DNA of 64,000 nucleotides, taken from assembly GCF_037042905.1 (NCBI RefSeq), contig NC_087261.1, positions 29,636,001-29,700,000 on the forward strand. Reading direction: 5' to 3'. The position numbers were made by a program, and so were the translations under genes. Shown piece after piece: positions 26,383-39,326 of this stretch (its first letter is position 1; the number at the start of each line of letters is the position of its first letter). Origin of the DNA: Lytechinus pictus (lineage: Eukaryota). The notes below the pieces were generated by a model, which did no database searches, was not told the DNA's origin, and was given only the letters and a program-made list of their open reading frames with translations.

Positions 26383-27206
26383 GTAATAGCCAATGTACTT
26401 TGAGAATGTCGGAGAGGACGGCCATTTAGCGCAAAGGATGAAGTCATTGTTCAAATTTCGATCGCAATTTTATCATTGTCAAATCTTATTGTCTTGCACA
26501 TAGGCATGTTTATTGTATTGTGCTACTGCAATCTATACAAGCACTAAAAAGATTTAGCGCATGTGCAATAATGAGGATGATACGATGATTTTGATAGTGA
26601 AATTTTCTGAAATATACTAGTATTCTGACAGTCACACAATTACATCTTTGGTGATAAAATGACTTGAACTCCTTTGTTTAACTGTGGAGCAAATATTTCC
26701 GTTACCTCTTAGTTGGCAATCATAGCACGGACAGTATAATTTAATTACAATTTGCTCTTGACAGGTCAACAATAACCACAAGTTTAGAATACTTAGTATT
26801 GTTTACCTTTGATTCATAAAGGTTACATGTCACAACACTGTCTAATATTTAATTAATTTGGAGAAATGATAAATGAGATCCATGTACGTGATAGAAATAA
26901 TCGACTGTACAATTGTAAATATTTGATTTAATACAAAGATTCCATTTTCACAGATGAGTATGGCATAATGATTAGTTTGTGCTTCAAAGACCAGGTAAAA
27001 ACTTATAAAGGCGTTTTCAATTGAGTGTTTCGTAATTATCACTTCAGTGGCGTTTGTTTAATGCTGAGGTCAAGTCTAGTCTCTGAAATATTCGCATGGA
27101 GACGAAGATCAAGCATGTTAAGAGGCTGATTTACTCCGACTTTAATTCGTAATCGACGTACGAATTGTGTATTGATTGGGTATTTGGGAAACAGTGGTGA
27201 TAAGCA

Positions 27207-28258
27207 ATGTTACCTGGAGATCAACATATATCAAGTCTTGGGGAAGAAGAATTCTCAAATGATTCCGCAATGGTGACCGATAGATGGCTCTGGGAACCTA
27301 TACAATGGAACTGGTGGACAATCGTACAAGTGGCTACTGCAGTCGTTGGGATTATTGGCAACCTACTTGTAATCGTTCTGCTTTACCAGCGTCGCAAGCA
27401 AAGCAGGGCCACAGACACGCTCATAGGAGCATTGGCGATCGCAGATTTTGTCACATCGATCTTCATAATACCACTTCCAACAGCTTCGCGAGTACCATTG
27501 ACGATGCTTGGCGACGTTTACTGTAGGCTAATCACTAGCAGGTTCCTCTTGTGGTCTTCGACATCAGGATCAATCATGGCACTTACGAGTATTGCTGTCG
27601 AAAGATACATCGCAGTTGTACACCCACTGCGTTGCAAGGAGCTTCTCTCTAGGAGGAGAATCCGTACAGCCATTGTCCTGAGCTGGGTTCTTGGCATGAC
27701 ACTACACACGCCTCTTCTATACACCAACTTCCGTAATCCTCAACAGGAATGTGAATGGGGGTTTCCGTCCAGAGAAATACAAATTCTGATAGGCGGTGGC
27801 CTCTTCTCAACTCAGTTTTTCATCCCCATGATTGTGAGTCTCACTGTGCATGGGCTAACGGCACGTACCTTGCACCGTAAAGCAAATCTTTACCTCGGTG
27901 AGAACAAAAATCCTGATGCAGAAATCCATCCCTCCGACATGTCCTCGCCAAGAAGCGCGTTCTCCAAACGCTATTCTTAGTGATATTGTTCTTCATCCTA
28001 TGTTGGGGGCCTATCCAAGTTGGCTTTATTCTGTTTAATGTCGGAATCATACCAATGACCTTCGAGGGTAGTACTATACAGCGTATTTTCATCATATTGG
28101 CGCTATGGAACTCCTGTGCAAACCCATTCATCTACGCAATTCGCTTTCCAGAATTCCGCAAAGCTATAAGGGAGCTCTTCAATCCGAATCGGAACGACGC
28201 CCCTTTGTTCGATGACAGATGCCTAAAGACTGCACCGTTGCGTACAAAAGTTGTATAG
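27207..28258 (+). pseudogene. Intronless class A GPCR with a single frameshift at ~27921 (young pseudogene or sequence error)
   Basis: ORF 27207-27980 gives TM1-TM5. The shifted frame from 27923 reads NPSLRHVLAKKRVLQTLFLVILFFILCWGP...NSCANPFIY to the stop at 28258. No other lesion seen. Confidence 0.9.
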
Positions 28259-28319
28259 AAAAACGTGCATTCATAACGTTTCTTCTTATACACAGATATG
28301 CTTTTCACACTGCATTTCC

Positions 28320-28450
28320 TTAACCCCATACTATCCTTAACCCCGGACTATCCTTAACCCCATACTATCTTTTTTCGATTCACAATGTCTTTCTTAACCC
28401 CATACTATCTGCTCAGCCAGGGTTAATGCCTTAACCCCGGACTATCCCTC
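28320..28450 (+). repeat. Short tandem ttaaccccatactatc repeats (TE subterminal type)
   Basis: About five copies visible. Confidence 0.7.
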
Positions 28451-28859
28451 AGCTCATGAATATTGAATTTTTGTCAATTTGTTTTCCTACGGAAAATTTG
28501 CCCCCCACCCCTTTGGAAAACCCTTGATCCGCCCCTGATGTTTATGATAGCAACATAAAGGAGTTAGGTTTTGAGATTTTAAACAGTCCAATGAGTTTTA
28601 TTTCTTTTTAATGACATAAGTGAATGTTATGTCTTATGCAAATTACAAAAAAATTGGTAGTGAATATGACAAGGCATTTATCAATAATCAGAAGTTATTA
28701 AAAATGACTAATTTTCATATATCTGTAATCGACATGCTCCTGTAAAGGAAGTAAGGGTTAAGAGCAGATACAATCCTAGGATGACTAAATTATATTTTTG
28801 AATTACTCATCAACCTGACTACACTTAAGATGAAGTCTGATGGTGATGAAGAATCAAAA

Positions 28860-30610
28860 GATGAACACCGTTAAAAAGTAAAAAATAAAAACATCTGTTC
28901 TGTTCGTTACGCAAAAAATAAATATTTCATTGATATTTTAACCAGGTTGAAATTACCCTAAACGCGTTGAAAAGAGCTAAATATGGCTACCGTCAGTATG
29001 AAGTATTCGGATTCTGTTCACAATGACCTTAACACCTGATAACCCAAGTAATCAGCTTGCTAATGTTATACGAAATATTACTAATTCTCTTCATCATTGC
29101 AAACAATCGAATTTGGGAAAACCATAAAATGTGTATATTCCTTTGAATATGAAAGTTATATCCGAGAGTGAGGTTTTCAAGCTTTTATCTAATCTTTGAT
29201 GGAAGAGAAGCTTAAAAAATTTAGATTTTGATAGTAAAATCCTTACTAACCATCATCTCTCTTACTTAGATCGATGACTTGTATGCTCAATTATTCTTTA
29301 AAAAGTATCATAGTATCTGATGACTGGAAGAATTCAAAAGTAACATTTACTTTTAAAGGAAGGGGGCGAAATGATTCATGTTCAAATGATGGACTGATTT
29401 CAGTTGTATGCCATCTTGCCAAAGTATGGAGAAATTAAATTTGTCTTTATTCTTATTTTACTGAAAATTATTTTATAACATCTTGTCAATCTGCAAAAAA
29501 AAAAATCCCTCTGCATAACTTGTCTCAATCGTGTTATAGATGACTGGTATGATGCACTTAGTAAGCACGAAACCAGGCGCTTGTTTTTTTTTAAAGACAT
29601 ATTAAAGTGCTTTGACACAATCATGAAATGTTATTATTTGAATAATAAAAGTTTTATGGTTCACGACTTACTTGACAAACCAGAAGCAATCAGTAAGATG
29701 TCATGGAAATTAATTAAACCCTATTGATTAAAACGTTGTTGTTCCACAGGGGGAGTATTAGGCCCGGATTTATGTTAATATTCATAAATGATTATTGTGC
29801 AAAGCGTTTCGACTGATGTTTGTGGTATTATTGCTGATGATGTTATTGTGTACATTTCCGACTCTACGTTACGTAAAATTCAACGTGATTGACAGGTATG
29901 TATGTTCACATGAAATTAAGCGGTATAGTGATAATTGTCTAAAGATTAACATCACTTAAACACATGTTATGCTTATTTCAACAGGTTATTCGAAAACCAA
30001 AGGAAAACTGGTTGTAAAACTTAATGGCGAGCAACAAGTTAATTCTGTAAGATATTTAGACGTTGAAGATGATAATAATCTCATATGGAATATACATGTA
30101 AAACATTTTTGTAGATCGATATCATTTAAGTTACATGCTCTTTAGTCATTTAAATGAAATCCAGAATACCCCAGCTCTGAAAAAAAAAATTGAATACTTT
30201 ATATAAAACAACTATTTAGCCATGAACAGATTATGATTGTTGGGTATGGGGAAATTATCATGAGATTGCAAAGACGAGCGGCACGTACAGTGATGAAGGA
30301 ATATTGTTATTTTTTATGTAAATGTTGTACATGCAGATTTAATGAAGAACTTAACTTGCTATCTTTTGATACAAGGAGGGATCATTTCTTATGTATTTTA
30401 GCTTATCAGTGTATATATGGCCTTGCACCTATTATACTTTGTAATAATATTTAATTATTTATTGTATATAGAATGAAGAACACAAAATGCCGATTCACGT
30501 AATGCTGTATTACCTATTGTTTCAAGCAAGGCATGGATCTCCTTGCCAAATGAACTCCCGAATACTCCAAACCTCCTACCCTTCAAGCAGACTTACAAAA
30601 ATAAGTATTT
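28860..30610 (+). mobile_element. Highly degenerate CR1/L2-group LINE ORF2 (RT and C-terminal region)
   Basis: Fragments DDWKNSKVT..FKG, LKCFDT, VVPQG..LGP, ADD, LQRRAAR, YQCIYGLAP occur in the order expected for a LINE RT. Confidence 0.8.
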
Positions 30611-31374
30611 GTTTAAATTGACAGTAGATATTTTATCCATATCTTATTGTATAAATTCCGTTTATTTTGTAATATGTGGTTGCACTCCATTCTTTTCTAA
30701 ATCTCTATCTCTCTTTCTTCCTATTCCCATATCTATCCTCCTGCTCTTCTATTTTATCGTAACTTATATTGTAAATTCAGTATATATATTCGTGTGTCAT
30801 TATTATATTTGTTCATTAGTCAGTATTGTTTTTTTAACCGTTAAGTTATTGTATGCATTTTTAGTAATGCAACATGACCGTATTTAAACATAGTGCATTT
30901 TATGTGAACATATTATCATGTATAAAGATGTTTGAAAAACTACACTTTTGTTTACATTGATTTGTTTCGGGTTTTTTTTTCCTCGGATCCAGTTGGCACA
31001 AACAATTAAACAGTTTTGTAAACTAAGGAATAAAATTTTCTCTTGGGTTATAAGATATAAAATTGCATCTGTTTTATTTCCACTGATACAAAATGCGAAA
31101 GTAATATGAGCGATTTAGCGGCGCGGTCAGTTCAGTTTTTCATGTTATCTTTCCCTTTTTGGCACAGCATGAAAACTATTTTAGTAAATGAGAAAGAATA
31201 AGCCCTCACACAGAATGGTGACATGTTTTAAAGTCGATGAATCTAGGAATCTTCCACAAGATGTGGATATGATAATTACAATATTATGCCTCACTCGAGA
31301 TGACAGTGTGAACATGTTGGCTTTGTATATTCCCAAAACGGTAGTTTTAGTGGAAAGAGGGACGCGTTAACCAT

Positions 31375-31975
31375 TAAGTCCACCCCAGAAAAATGTTGAT
31401 TTGAATGATTATAGAAAAATCAAACTAACATAACACTGAAAATTTCATTAAAATCGGATGTAAAACAAGAAAGACATTTTAAAGTTTCCCTTATTTTTCA
31501 CAAAACAATTATATGCACAACTCAGTGATGTGTAAATGATACAGTCGAAGATGTTCCTCACTCACTTTTTATTTTGTTTTGTTTTTATTGTTTGAATTAT
31601 ACAGTGTTTCATTTTTTACAGATTTGACAATAAGGACCAACTCGACTAAGCCATATAGTATAAAACGATACTAATTACAAATGTTCAGGGAGGAATTAAT
31701 TATTGTGTCATTTGACAATGATGACAAAATTCGAATATTTCATATTTCGCATAATAAAATACAAAAGAAATAGCGAGTGTATGACGTCATCAGTCTGCTC
31801 TTTATCATACCGACCAGGGTGTGCATATAATTGTTTTGTGAAATTAAGTAAAATTTTAAAATGTCATAACTTTCGTATTTTACATCCGATTTTGATGAAA
31901 TTTCCAATGTTATGCTTGTTGGATTTTCTCTCTTTTCATTCAAATAAACTTTTTGTTGGGGTGGACTTGTCCTTT
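31375..31975. mobile_element. Second copy of the Kolobok-like element at 2461-3062
   Basis: aagtccaccccagaaaaatgttga ... ttggggtggacttgtccttta; internally colinear with the first copy. Confidence 0.8.
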
Positions 31976-32139
31976 ACGCTTAATATGTGGTATGGTTGCA
32001 GCCGGTGGAGAGAAGATAAAAAAGCTGTGAAATCAGTTTTGCTTCTCTTCAGCTCAGGATAGTTAAATGCCATCCGCATGTTTATTTCAGAAAACAAAGT
32101 GGGGTTTTCTCAAATGTTTCATTGACATTTTCAAGAGAG

Positions 32140-34344
32140 TGAGTGTGAAAGTAATGGTCGGATATCCTCGGCAAAGCAAATATACTGTCGACCACATTAC
32201 ATATAATATTAAGCACGGTGTCTTGATAGTTTTCATCTTTCAAAATACTAGTGTTCATTTTCCTATAACCAGCCGGTCTAATATCTGAGTTTATTACTCT
32301 AGGCTGTACATTTTTGTTTACAAGCCACTAATCTAGTCTTAATGTGATTCATAGAGATAGGTTTCTCTATGTAAATTATTTGCATAATGGGTTCATTTTT
32401 CTCCAGATATTACAAAGGGAATATCGTTTGAACGGTTTACAAAAATTTCGTGTTTTTTAAAATTAGATTTACTGCAGGTACCTTGATCATCACGAGCATT
32501 TAATACACAATTCCAGTCTCCAAATAAGATGAGATTAGAGTCTGAATAATTCACACCATTCCTACTAAGAAAAGGTTGTAAATTAAAAAACATCTCTCCT
32601 TATTGTTTTTATGTATGTCCATATATATTAAAAAGAGAATAATGCATAATATCAATAACAATTTTCAGAAGCAACTTTCTCCCATAATTATTCTGTTTTT
32701 ACAGATATAACATCAACACCAAACTTTTGATTAAAAAAGAACTGCAATTGCTGATGAATGATTCGATCCATGTGAAAAGTAACATGGTCCATGCCATATA
32801 TTTCTGATTAATTTCTCTATATCAGTTGTCCAATATGTAAAAGGATTTTATCAGTTTTTTGTCGTTGGAACCATCGAAATATATGTCTTCTCTTTTCTTT
32901 ATTTCTAAGTCCGTGGACATTAAGACCAATCAGATGACAGACTGACATCGGAAAAACGGATATATATGTATAAAATCGTATTCAAATATGCTCATTTCTT
33001 ATTTGATTGTCTTTTGATTCCTTTCTGATTCTTTTTTTTTTTTTTTACTATAGACGCTTCCGGATCTTAAACGAGGTCGAACAAACTCTGGTGACTCAGC
33101 TGAGACATCAGAGAAACGAGAAAATCAGCATGACTATTAGCGTGATGTTGACTTTGCACTGGAGTATCGCTGTAAGAAACTCCAGAAGCTTGGTCTTGTA
33201 GAAGAGGCGAGCTGTTGCTGAAAAGATCTTGTTGCGGGTTGCATGTAGCGGAGACGAAACGTGTTATCTTCGATTGTGATGTTGTGTCGCTTGACGCTCA
33301 ATCGCAATTACGGGTGGGCCTTGATGGTTCGCTCTCGTCATCCCCGTCGTTGCTAGAATCGTCGTTCGAAGATTGCACCTCGAAGGTGGGAACCACATTT
33401 TCCGTGACCATGCTAACTGCTTCCCGTTCTTTCTGCAAGAATGTCGTGATCATGCTTTGTTGTGCTACATTGGAAGGTTTATCTCGCTTGTTAGATGGTG
33501 ATGAGGCATCCTGTATTCCGGGTTGAACAGTGTCGTCACGTGAAGCAGGGGAAATGCCTGGGTCTGTAGTAGTGCAGTCTCTCTGATAGTGGCCAGTTTT
33601 GCGACAAAAGCGGCAGATTACTTCATTCTTGCAATTGGAACGGTGATTGCCCCTTTCCAGATTTTTCAAACAAACCATGGTCGTATTGTTGTCGGTGATC
33701 TGATTTGGATTGAACACTTTCGCTTTGAAGGCGCCAAAATTGACAAAGCTTGGCAGGGATTGGGGGGGGGGGGGTTTTCGATGTAGAACACCCTGTCCCC
33801 GGCTAGACATTCTGCCAGATTACTATCGACTCGAAGTCTTTGCAGTATGATCTTTCCGACTATTTTCGATTTCCTAGCTTGGAATTCATTCAAGATAACA
33901 TCATCATGAACATGTAATGGCAACTCTTTGATCAGTACTCTGGTTAGGTTGCCCTGGCTAGCAGGTAGGTCCCGAGGTAAGTATGGGTTTAGCTCAAGAG
34001 AGTGACACATGAGTTTCGTAAGTCTAGACCTTTTGTTATGAGGTCAATTCGGAATGCCACGCAATTTCGTGAAGGAAAGTGTTCTAGTTGTTACGGCATT
34101 GTCGTTGGACAAAGGTATATCACTGTGCTTGATGAAAACACGCTTACCTTCCGTGTTCATAGCGTGACGTTCATGCTCCTGTGTACCTGCTTTCGTGGCG
34201 CTATCGTAGGATGAACCTCGGGAAAACCCACTAGCCGCCATCTTACCACCCAATTGGCTGTAGAAAAGTTCAAAGATTTAGGCAATCTAAAGTCCAAATT
34301 CTCCAAAACGACGAGATCACAGGTCGACAAAGTGTTTCTGAAAA
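32140..34344 (-). mobile_element. L1/Tx1-clade LINE 5' portion: gag-like ORF1 with zinc knuckles and start of the APE endonuclease
   Basis: ORF1 from 34241 (MAASGFSRGSSY), RVLIKELPLHV, CRFCRKTGHYQRDC. ORF2 from 32948 (MSVCHLIGLNVHGLRNKEKR), LILFGDWNCVLN, RLD, ISDH. Frameshifted; no RT follows. Confidence 0.85.
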
Positions 34345-34352
34345 TTATGCAG

Positions 34353-37041
34353 CAGTGTTGTAGTGCCTAGATGCTCGGCCTTGGCCTTAAGTCGCCTTAA
34401 GGCCTATTTTTTCAAAGCCTTGGCCTTGAACATTCAAGCCTTGGCCTTGGCCTTGAGGATTTTTAGCCTTGAAATTTCAAGGCATTTTCAAGGCATTTTC
34501 AAGGCTTTTTAAAGGCATTTTGTATTTTGTACTTTCATTTGTTTTATATAAGTAATTATACATGTTTCAATTGTTCTGTATATCTAATGACACTAATGGT
34601 CAAAACTACCAGTAGAAGCAGCAGTAAGTGTTCTAGCAGTGTCATCAATTGTAATTATTAAATCATCATTATTAAGAATAATCATCACATATGTAACAAA
34701 GAAAACAGCAGTGATGAAAAATAACTCTATTATTGGTAATGTGCTGTAATCATGAATAATGTTGATAATGACAATATTAATGATAATGATAATAATGACA
34801 GTAATAATGATTATGATCAAGATTATAGTGCTTTGATGACAGGAATAATTCTGACAGATCTGACTGCAATTTGGACAACAACATTCATACTTTAAACATA
34901 GCTAAGTCTAAAAAACGATTTATAACAAGGTTGATTTCTGTTCCATTAGGATTTTCCTTGTATTATTTTCTTTAGCCAAAAAATAATGCTTTAAGTCTTA
35001 ATGATATTCTGAAAAGATTTGGAAAACTTGAACACAGTCTTCAATTTTGTTATATCCAAATGAGCTATGTCAATGGCATGATGAGCCAACAATTTTGAGG
35101 GGCCAAGCATGGCATAGCCTATAGAACAAAATTTCTGCCAAAAAAGTTGGAAGCGATTGAAGCGAGCGGGCGAACAAAATTTGTCACCCTCTTGCTATAA
35201 GAAAAGCGATTTTTTTTTTGATAGATAGTGACAATATGTTTAGAAAATAATATCAAATTTACTCCACCTTTTCCTTTATCCCCCTATTCTAAGTTTATTC
35301 TTGGTGGTGGAACTTCTTCTCTCTCTCTCAATTTTTTTTTTTTTTTTGGGGGGGGTTCTGATATATTTTCAAACAGACGAGAAAGAGGAATGGGAAGAGA
35401 GAGAGAGAGAGGAAAATGGAGAGAAACATGTAAGGGCTTAAGAAAGATGGGGGTGGCTGGTTAAGCAGAAAATACTGCAAATTAGTTAATAATGATAGGC
35501 AGTACATCTTTTCTAAATTGTAAAAAAAAGAAATCCCTGTAGGGAAAAAAAATGCCTCTTTTTCCAGAGTTGAAAATGCCTTCTTTTTTCAGAATGAATT
35601 ATGCCCCTTTTCAAAAAGAAATACCTTCTTTAATAGAAAACATAATTTTAGGTACGAAAATCACAAATTTTGAATCGTGCTTACATCAATTATTGTTTAG
35701 TACAGAGTAAAATAACTGATGCGAGTGCAGAAAGCGAGCCACTAATTTGTGATATTCTAACCAGAAAACACAATTCTATACATTTGTGTAACCATTAACA
35801 GGAGTAGTACTGTACTGTACAGTACTACTCCTGTTCATGGTTACACAAATGTATAGAATTGTGTTTTCTGGTTAGAATATCACAAATTAGTGGCTCGCTT
35901 TCTGCACTCGCATCAGTTATTTTACTCATTCTATTCCTGTTTACACACAAAAAATGCTTAGAATGTCCAATTTTCAGGTTGGAATATCACAATTTTTTTT
36001 AGCTCGTGCCTTGCGCTCGCATTACTTTGATTGGTGAGTTATGTATCCTATTAAAAATGCAGTCCTTAACTGCTTCCTTTTCTGATCTGTATATTATCTC
36101 GCGTTATTTCTTTGGTTAGATACACATCTTTTTCATGATTACAAAAACAGCTCAGAATATTTAATTTTCATGTTTTATTACAAATGTCCACTGTCCAGAA
36201 GTTCGAGCTCGTGGTTCGCACTGGCAACATCACGCAACAGTGATTTAGCGATTTCACAGTCATTAGCCCCATAATTGACAAAAAATTGAGTTTCACAACT
36301 TCAGAATTGATTTTTTTTTTCAAAACCGCTTGCTCACTACGCTTTCTCGCTGAGAAGTAAAACCTAAATCAAAATATTTATCTTATCAATTAGAAATCAA
36401 TTTAAAAAGGCTTTGCTCAACTTAATTTCTACAAAACACACACCTATTTCACGCAGTTGATAATCTCATTTTGGAAATACATGTATCTGTTTGCACCAAA
36501 ATGCCCATTTCGGTATATAAGTGCCTTTTTGGCTTTGAACCCCCCCCCCCCCCCCCCGCCCAAATAAAAATAGGTTCTGACGCCCCTGTCTCAGGGAGTG
36601 AAGAAAATCATACCGGTACATTGAAGATGCCAGGATCAGATGACCATGGTAATAATAATTATTGCAATGTAAATCGCATAGAAAAATTATGTATTAAATG
36701 TACAAAGGTAACTATATTATTATTATTGTAATATTATGTCTAAATAAATCATGAAATTTTTATTTTTTTTAAATGTACAAGGGTTAAATTCTTTTTTTGC
36801 TCAGTCCGCTCGCTCAGGTACATTTTTGCCATGTGTGATGTCTGCCACCTAAGCATTGTTAGCTCATTGTTCTGTATATCGTAAGTCTGAAATGCCTTGG
36901 CCTTGGCCTTGAGGTTTTCAGGCCTTGGCCTTGGCCTTGGGTTTCCATGCCGTGGCCTTGGCCTTTGGTATTGAAGCCTTGGCCTTGGGTATTAAAGCCT
37001 TGGTCTTGGCCTTAGAGGTTTGAGCCTTGACTACAACACTG
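34353..37041. mobile_element. hAT-like non-autonomous element with 8-bp TSD
   Basis: TIR cagtgttgtagt / actacaacactg; ttatgcag at 34345-34352 and 37042-37049; subterminal ggcctt arrays at both ends. Confidence 0.9.
35705..35927. repeat. Near-perfect 223-bp palindrome (111-bp arms, 1-nt spacer)
   Basis: Centre ...gtagtactgtac-t-gtacagtactac... at 35816; one mismatch seen between arms. Confidence 0.92.
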
Positions 37042-37479
37042 TTATGCAGTCCTTATAAAGAGTATTCGTAGTCCGATTGATGAGATATCGAGGGATTTTT
37101 TTCTCCGGTTTTTGAAGTCGTGACTATCAATATACCGTGAAAGGGCGCCCTCCGCCAATACTGTTGAGCTTCAGCATATTTACTCCAGTAGGCCAAGAGT
37201 TGAGTCAAAATGTTCATATCTAATGCAAAGATCATAATTAGTTCCATTGTAAATCCAAGAATGAAATCAATTTCCCCTTCTGTAACTGGTTACGACACAG
37301 ATAATTAATTTATGATAGACGATAACATAGTGGTGTTGCGCCAATACTTGATGCAACACATGCTTATACCCTATTATACACATGTATACGTCTCTTTTGA
37401 AACTATCATGCATAATATCCTGTTATATTTTAAATTACAATTAGCACCGTTTTTGTCACAAAGACTATTTTCATTTCAT

Positions 37480-37628
37480 TTTCGGATTAAACCTTATTTC
37501 GTTTTTGGACTAGCGAAGCTTCGGATTAACGAATCTTATTTCATTTTTGGAGTAACGAACATTCGGAATGACGAACCTTCGGAATAATGAATCTTTGGAA
37601 TAACAAACCTTCGGAATTACGAATGTCA
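37480..37628 (+). repeat. Partial (cgaaccttcggaata)n arm, same family as 42658-43035
   Basis: Reiterated ttcggaat.acgaa units ending in ggaattacgaatgt. Confidence 0.7.
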
Positions 37629-38672
37629 CACATACAATACAACTTCTCATGCTTACTACACCCCGAACTTCAATCCTTTTCTCCTTATCTTTTGAAGCTG
37701 TCGCTGAACTTATTTTTAATTCAAACAGGCTTGTGACTATTATTGTTGATCTTTTTTTTTATTTTATTTATATATCATTTTAAAACTTAGGATGAGGTAT
37801 TCTAAGCTCAACGAAGCTCTCAAAATTCATTTTGGTTTTGCGGTGGCTGGCCACAAATGTGCTTAAAAATAAAAATCAATATCACCATTTTCCCCTAGGT
37901 ATTTTACTTTAAATAATTATAATGCAGTTCTTTGTTTTTTATTTTAGTTTTTTATGTCTTTTTTTAGAAATTGTTGGTGACTTTATTCTGACCATAAAAA
38001 TCACATAAAATGAATTGAGTTTAAGCAGTAAAGGAAGAAATAATGATAGATTTATGAAATTTGGCTGCAAACACAAATTTACATTTGAATTTTACACGAA
38101 TTCCCGTTTTGGAACAATTTTTTGGTCTGACATGGCTTCAGAAAATGTGCTAATTCGAAACCGCGTACTCGGGGTGGCAAATCTGCTCTCAAAAAATTTG
38201 CGAGAGTAAAAAGTAAAAAGCCAGCGAGCAGTGTGGTCTAAAATTTCGCGTTGAGGATTTAGAGCGAAAAATGTTTAACTGTGGAACGAACATTTCTTTT
38301 ACATCTAAAAGTAAATTGGCTATCATAGCACGGGCAGTATACGCCAAGTGTAATTTGCTCTTGACAGGCCATCAATAGACACTATTTTAAAATATTCATA
38401 TTGTTCACGTTCGATTGCACCAAACAATTGCTCAAGGCTCCATATCATAACGTTGGAGAGACGATAAATGAGATACATGTACGTGGAAGGAATAATCGAC
38501 TGTAAATACCTGCTTTGAATAGGTAGCTGTCATTTCCAAGAATGCGTATGCCATACTGAACAGTTCGCGCGCTTTCATTTGATCGTATTGTAATATCACT
38601 TCAGTGGCATTTTTTTTTTGCTAAGTTGATTTCCTCCTCATCGGTCAAATTTACGCCTAGTCTATGAAATAT

Positions 38673-39222
38673 GATGATCTACAGCATTTATATTGCGCCA
38701 TATATGTATTAAAAACATTCATTGGCGCAGGCTCATCCAATGTGTTAGTCACTTAACATCTGCCGAAATAAGTGAGTTTTGAGAGACGGTTTAAAGAGTT
38801 CCATACCATCAATTACACGGAGTGAAGAAGGGAGGGAGTTCCAAAGGCGTGGAGCAATAGTAGAAAAGGCATGGTTTCCAAATCTCTTCAGGTGTGTGAT
38901 GGGTGCATGAAGAGTGGCACCAGTACCAGATGAGCGCAAGCCAGGAGGTACACGGCGTTGTTCTATAAAGGAGGTCACGCATCCTGGAGCTAAACCATGC
39001 ACAGCCCTGAAAGTAAGGAGGAGGATTTTGAATTCGATCTTGTACTAAATTTGGTAGCCTAATGCATTTCTGTAAGAATAGGGGTAATGTGGTCATATTC
39101 CTTTGTACCAGTTAGCAGACGAGCAGCAGTATTCTGTACGCCTTAATGTCTGTCCAGCATAGTGGAAGGAAGACCAGCCAGCAGACTGTTACAGAAGTCA
39201 ATCCTGGAGGTAATTAAGGAAT
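38673..39222 (-). mobile_element. 5'-truncated L2 LINE 3' end inserted in the 5' flank of the fourth GPCR copy
   Basis: Minus strand SRIDFCNSLLAGLP, VQNTAARL, DHITPIL, AFSTIAPRLWNSLP, FKPSLKTHLF, then an L2-type tail gcgccaatgaatg...gcgcaatataaatgc. Splits the sequence gaaatattcgcatggaga that is intact at ~27085. Confidence 0.9.
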
Positions 39223-39326
39223 GAATATTCGCATGGAGAAAAGAGATCAATCACGTTAAGAGGCAATTTACTTTAGCTTAACTTCACCAACGACGTATGA
39301 TAGTTGGGAACTAGTGGGAATAACCC

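Noticed and set aside
27900-27930. Programmed -1 frameshift rescuing GPCR copy 3 at aacaaaaat
   Set aside because: Not a canonical X XXY YYZ heptamer, and the -1 frame hits TGA at 27914-27916 before the indel.
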